Shown here: positions 59,529-64,000 of the stretch, one piece after another
Position numbering within the stretch: position 1 is the stretch's first letter
Layout: each line of letters begins with the position of its first letter
NCBI GenBank assembly: GCA_965248695.1
Contig: CBDFKD010000002.1
Coordinates: 4,672,001 to 4,736,000, forward strand
DNA: 64,000 bases
Source of the DNA: Acidobacteriota bacterium
GTDB lineage: Bacteria > Acidobacteriota > UBA890 > WLXD01
Direction of reading: 5' to 3'
The notes under the pieces: generated by a model
Told to the model about the DNA's origin: nothing
The model's database searches: none
Seen by the model: the letters and a program-made list of their open reading frames with translations, nothing else
Translations under genes and position numbers: made by a program

Positions 59529-60841
59529 TGTTCGCTGATCGCGTACAGGTACTGGTTGCCGCGCAGGTAGATATCGTTGCCCACCAGAGCCGGCGAGGCG
59601 TTGAATCCGTCATCCAGCGTGTTCGTGGCCAGCAGCTCGAACTCCTCCCCGGAGCGGATCACCACCGTGGTCCCGTCGCGCCCGGTGAAGTACACGCGTC
59701 CGCTCGCCGCCACGGGTGAGGAAAAGACATTCGAGAGACCGGCAAGCCGCTGGTTCTCGTAGTGCGGCACGCCCGTCGCGGCGTCGACCGCCGACAGGAC
59801 ACCTGAGTTTGTCTTCAGGAAATACAGGATGCCGTCTATGAGCACCGGCGACGGCACGTATGGCGTGTCGCGGTCCAGCGTCCAGACGATGGCATCCGTT
59901 CCATCGATATTGCCGCGCGCGTCGGCCACCCGGATGGCTTTGAGGTCGTTTCCCCTGAAGCCGCTCATGAGAAACACGAGGCCGTTCTCATACACCGGAG
60001 ACGGGATGGCATTCATCGTCAGCCCGTCGCTTTCCCAAACGATGCTCCCGTTCTCGAGATCGTAGCTTCGAACGCGCTCCATGGCGGGCACGACTACCTG
60101 CGGACGCTCATCGACCTGGAGGATGATCGGGGTCGCCCACGTGTCGATCTCATCCCGAGGCGCTCGCCACAGCTCTTCGCCGCTACGGGCATCCACCGCG
60201 ACGACAAAAGACTCGCCGTGCAGGTGATCCCAGACGATCACGAGCGTGTCGCCAAACAGCGCCGGCGTCGATCCCTCGCCGAACTCGTTCCGCATCCCCT
60301 TGTTGCCGAAGTCCCTCTCCCAGATCAGCGTGCCGTCCAGGTCGTAGGCGTACAGCCCGAACGATTCGAAGTAGGCGTAGACGCGTTGCCCATCCGTCAC
60401 CGGCGAACTTGATGACCAGGTGCTGTTGACCGGGTGTCCAGCCTCATGGGGTTCCTGCTCGTGCGCGATCCGTTCCCAGATCGGGCGCCCCGTCTCGCGG
60501 TCGATCGCCATGACGACGAATCGATGCACACCACGGGCGTCCGCGCCTCCGCGCGGGTCGTGTTGCGCATCCCCCGCGACGTCCGCGGGGACCGCCGTCG
60601 TCACGAAGATGCGATCGTCCCACACGACCGGCGAGGCGTATCCTCGGCCGGGAATCTCCACTTTCCAACGGATGTTCTCGGATTCGCTCCACGCCAGCGG
60701 CGGTGTCGCGGTCGGGGACACCCCGGTGTTGAGGGGGCCGCGCCAGCGCGCCCAGTAGTGATCGTCCAAGGCTTCCTGCCCCCCGAGCGTGGCCGCGACG
60801 AGTAGGAGAACACTGACGGTTGCTGTCCGCAGTTGGATCAT
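59525..60841 (-). CDS. PQQ-binding-like beta-propeller protein, secreted
   Basis: WARWRGP, GYASPVVW, SSPVTDG, TPYVPSP, ASPAL..IYLR. Confidence 0.82.
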   Translation of the reverse strand: MIQLRTATVSVLLLVAATLGGQEALDDHYWARWRGPLNTGVSPTATPPLAWSESENIRWKVEIPGRGYASPVVWDDRIFVTTAVPADVAGDAQHDPRGGADARGVHRFVVMAIDRETGRPIWERIAHEQEPHEAGHPVNSTWSSSSPVTDGQRVYAYFESFGLYAYDLDGTLIWERDFGNKGMRNEFGEGSTPALFGDTLVIVWDHLHGESFVVAVDARSGEELWRAPRDEIDTWATPIILQVDERPQVVVPAMERVRSYDLENGSIVWESDGLTMNAIPSPVYENGLVFLMSGFRGNDLKAIRVADARGNIDGTDAIVWTLDRDTPYVPSPVLIDGILYFLKTNSGVLSAVDAATGVPHYENQRLAGLSNVFSSPVAASGRVYFTGRDGTTVVIRSGEEFELLATNTLDDGFNASPALVGNDIYLRGNQYLYAISEQ

Positions 60842-61055
60842 GCCGGCCTCCGAGTCGGTCCTTCGCCGCTGCGAGATGGCTAGTGAGGATCCGCATTCTA
60901 GCAACCGGCGCCGCTACCTGAGCTCCTATGGCAACCTCGCCTGTCGTTCGGCCTCAACGATGAGTACAGTTCCTGAGATATCGCACGACAGAATGCGACG
61001 GGCAGTGGGCTGCCGTCCCGGACCGCATGACTGCGCCACTGGGAGATTCGGACCG

Positions 61056-61904
61056 ATGAGAGATTCATGTGTGCTTGCCGCGAGCCTGGTCCTCGCCACC
61101 GCGATGCCGCTCCTGGCGCAGGACCAGCGGCGCCCGCGGTTGGATGTCAACACGCCCCGACCGATCGACGCGCTCGACACCGTGTGGATCGAAGACATGA
61201 CGTGGATGGAAGTGCGCGATGCGGTCGCTGACGGAAAGACAACGGTCATCCTGGCTGCGGGAAGCGTCGAACAGAACGGCCCTTACGTACCGGGTGCCAA
61301 GCACGACTATGTCCTGCGAGCAACGGCAGAACCGATCGCTCGCAAGCTGGGCAACGCCCTGATCGCTCCGACCGTTCGCTACGAGCCCGGCGATCCGGAG
61401 AATCCCCGCTATCCGGGCTCGATCCGGGTGCGCATGGAGACCTACAAGGCGATCCTGGCCGACGTGGCTACGAATCTGAAGCAGCAGGGCTTCCGCAACA
61501 TCATCTTGATCGGCGACAGCGGCGGCAACCAGCGCGGCTTGGAGGAAGTCGCCAACGAGCTGAACGCCACGTGGAACGGCAGCGAGACCGCAGTTCATTT
61601 CGTGCGCGAGTACTACGACAGCTGGTACGTGGCGGAAGACGCGGTCGAGCGGGTCGCCGGCCAGGCGGAAGTGCCGGAAGGTATCCACGACGACTACAGC
61701 GTTACTTCGATCATCATGACGGTGAACCCGGAGGCGGTGCGCTACGACCAGCGTGTCGCCGCTAACAAAGCGACCATCAACGGGATCAGCATCGTGCCGA
61801 AAGAGCGGGCGATCGCTCACGGTCGAAAGCTGGTCGAGATCCGCGTCGACGAGACCGTCGCGGCGATCCTGCGAATGGTTGGCGCAACCAGCACCAACGA
61901 GTAA
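61056..61904 (+). CDS. Creatininase-family protein with signal peptide
   Basis: MTWMEVRD, GSVEQNGP, GDSGGNQ, GIHDD. Confidence 0.8.
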   Translation: MRDSCVLAASLVLATAMPLLAQDQRRPRLDVNTPRPIDALDTVWIEDMTWMEVRDAVADGKTTVILAAGSVEQNGPYVPGAKHDYVLRATAEPIARKLGNALIAPTVRYEPGDPENPRYPGSIRVRMETYKAILADVATNLKQQGFRNIILIGDSGGNQRGLEEVANELNATWNGSETAVHFVREYYDSWYVAEDAVERVAGQAEVPEGIHDDYSVTSIIMTVNPEAVRYDQRVAANKATINGISIVPKERAIAHGRKLVEIRVDETVAAILRMVGATSTNE

Positions 61905-64000
61905 TGGCTCCGCGGGCAGTCGTCCTTGCCGCCGGATTTCTTTGCCTCGGCTTGGTGGCGCGAGCCGGCTCGGTAGCGAGCGTTGGCGCGCAGTCCATCG
62001 AGCCCACGGCGCAGGCGGCGGCGGACCCGAGCGCCGCGGCGCACAACGTCACGATCGGTCGCTACTGCGTTCGCTGCCACAACGACGACACCCTGAGAGG
62101 CGGCCTGACACTGGAGGGATTCGACATCACGGCTGCTGCTGACAGCCGGGAGGTGGCGGAGAAGATCATCCGCAAGCTGCAGGCCGGCATGATGCCGCCA
62201 CCGCTGTCGCGCCGGCCCGATCGCGACAGCGTGAACGCGATGACGGCGGCGCTGGCGTCACGCCTCGACGCTGCCGCCAATACCGACCCGCGCGCCGGCG
62301 GTCGGACCTTCCAGCGGCTCAACCGAGCCGAGTACGAGCGCTCCGTGCACGCCCTGTTGGGGATCGAGATCGACGCCAGTGCCTACCTCGCAGCGGACAC
62401 GATGAGCGCCGGGTTCGACAACATTGCCGATGTCCAGAGTGTTTCGACCACCGTAATGGAGGGCTACCTGAGCGCCGCCAGCGAGATCAGCAGGCTGGCG
62501 GTCGGCGACCCGAGCGCCAGCCCCGGAGAGACGAGCTATCGCCTCGACCGCTACGTGTCTCAGACGAAACGCGTCGAGGGTGCCCCGTTCGGCACCCGCG
62601 GCGGGCTGTCGGTCATCCACAACTTCCCAGCCGACGGGGAGTACGTCTTCACGCTGGCGTTCCAGGATGCGCCGGTTGCCCTGGTCTTCGGCAAGACCAC
62701 CTACCACGATGAGCAGATCGAGATCTCGATCGATGGGGAGCGGGCGGCGTTGCTGGACATCGATCGCCGCATGGACGCAGACAACGGGAGCCTCGAGACG
62801 GCCCCGATCGTCGTTCGAGGCGGGCCGCGGCGTCTCACGGCGGCGTTCCTGCGCAAGTTCGAAGGGCCGGTGGCCGACGTGCTCTCGCCGCACAAATGGA
62901 GCCTGGCCGACAAGGACACCGGCTTGGTATTCGGGCTCACCTCGCTGCCTCACCTACGGGTCCTGGCGGTGGCGGGGCCCTACAACGCCAGCGGCATGTC
63001 CGCCAACGCAATCCGCCAGCGTATCTTCAGCTGTCGACCGACAGCACCTGACGAGGAGGCCGCCTGCGCTCAGGAAATCATCGGCCGGCTTGCAGCCGAG
63101 GCGTACCGGCGGCCGCTGACCGACCGGGATTTCGCGCCGCTGAGGTCATTCTACGAGGCGGGCGCCGCCGAGGGCGGCTTCGAGGTCGGGATTCGCTCCG
63201 CTCTGGAGGCGATTCTGGCGAGCCTGCACTTCGTCTTCCGGATCGAGGAGCCGGCGGTGCAGAACGATCCCGGCGCCCTGGGCCACATGAGGCTCAGCGA
63301 CATCGCGCTGGCGAGCCGCCTCTCCTTCTTCCTGTGGTCGGCGCCACCGGATGTCGAGCTCAGCGACCTGGCACGAGAGGGGCGCCTCTCGGATCCTGCG
63401 GTGCTCGAGAGTCAGGTGCGCCGCATGCTCGGCGATCCTCGCTCCGAGGCCCTCGCCACCCGCTTTGCGGCGCAATGGCTGCAGCTGCGGGCGCAAGACC
63501 GTGTGCACCCGGACTCCTTGATGTTCCCGGACTACGATCAGCAGCTGGCCGACGCGATGCGCCGAGAGACCGAGCTGCTCTTCTACAGCCTGCTGCAGGA
63601 AGAGCGCAGCATCCTGGAGTTGCTGACGGCCGACTACACCTTCGTCAACCAGGCGCTGGCCGAGCACTACGGCATCCCGGGGGTTATCGGAGGGCACTTC
63701 CGCCGCGTGTCGTTGGACGGCAGCGAGCGCCGGGGCATCTTGGGCCATGGGAGCGTGCTGACGCTGACCTCACACGGCAACCGCACGTCGCCGGTGCTGC
63801 GCGGCAAATGGGTGATGGAGGTGCTACTCGGGAGCCCGCCACCGCCGCCCCCGGCTGATGTGCCGTCGCTGGACGAGACCGACGAGGCTGCCGACGGCCG
63901 CTTGCTGACGGTGAGCGAGCGGATGGAGCAGCACCGCCGGGATCCGGCCTGTGCGTCGTGCCACCGTGTCATCGATCCGATTGGCCTGGCGCTGGAGAAC
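61904..64000 (+). CDS. DUF1587/1592/1588-type c-type cytochrome protein; runs off window end
   Basis: Not in ORF track; ATG overlaps upstream TAA; CVRCH, G.MPP, RLNRAEY, LASRLSFFLW, TSPVLRGKW, CASCHRVIDPIG. Confidence 0.85.
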   Translation, partial: MAPRAVVLAAGFLCLGLVARAGSVASVGAQSIEPTAQAAADPSAAAHNVTIGRYCVRCHNDDTLRGGLTLEGFDITAAADSREVAEKIIRKLQAGMMPPPLSRRPDRDSVNAMTAALASRLDAAANTDPRAGGRTFQRLNRAEYERSVHALLGIEIDASAYLAADTMSAGFDNIADVQSVSTTVMEGYLSAASEISRLAVGDPSASPGETSYRLDRYVSQTKRVEGAPFGTRGGLSVIHNFPADGEYVFTLAFQDAPVALVFGKTTYHDEQIEISIDGERAALLDIDRRMDADNGSLETAPIVVRGGPRRLTAAFLRKFEGPVADVLSPHKWSLADKDTGLVFGLTSLPHLRVLAVAGPYNASGMSANAIRQRIFSCRPTAPDEEAACAQEIIGRLAAEAYRRPLTDRDFAPLRSFYEAGAAEGGFEVGIRSALEAILASLHFVFRIEEPAVQNDPGALGHMRLSDIALASRLSFFLWSAPPDVELSDLAREGRLSDPAVLESQVRRMLGDPRSEALATRFAAQWLQLRAQDRVHPDSLMFPDYDQQLADAMRRETELLFYSLLQEERSILELLTADYTFVNQALAEHYGIPGVIGGHFRRVSLDGSERRGILGHGSVLTLTSHGNRTSPVLRGKWVMEVLLGSPPPPPPADVPSLDETDEAADGRLLTVSERMEQHRRDPACASCHRVIDPIGLALEN

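Overview
High-GC bacterial DNA. The gene families present (TolB-tailed Ser/Thr kinases, DUF6152/DUF6644/DUF5916/DUF1592-type proteins, many PQQ propellers) suggest an Acidobacteriota-like genome or MAG; this is an inference. The window is a mosaic of mostly single, unlinked genes with several abrupt truncations, so it may be concatenated contigs or a heavily rearranged region. It is dominated by exported catabolic enzymes: PQQ dehydrogenases, amidohydrolases, spermidine dehydrogenase, amine oxidase, creatininase, sulfatase, esterase and a peptidase. It also holds housekeeping orphans (moaA, ilvD, mrp/apbC, and nuoB between decayed nuoA/nuoC), one full and one partial IS3, and three partial or degenerate tRNAs (Sec, fMet, Pro). 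Best leads: (1) a Rieske non-heme iron oxygenase alpha subunit with a twin-arginine export signal; (2) an uncharacterised periplasmic/membrane module of two paralogous secreted proteins, His-His DUF6152, two DUF6644 proteins and a cytochrome c'; (3) a 2OG-Fe dioxygenase framed by the extreme N- and C-terminal remnants of a Ser/Thr kinase gene, beside a selC remnant and two IS3 copies. All family names come from motif recognition by eye; no database searches were run.
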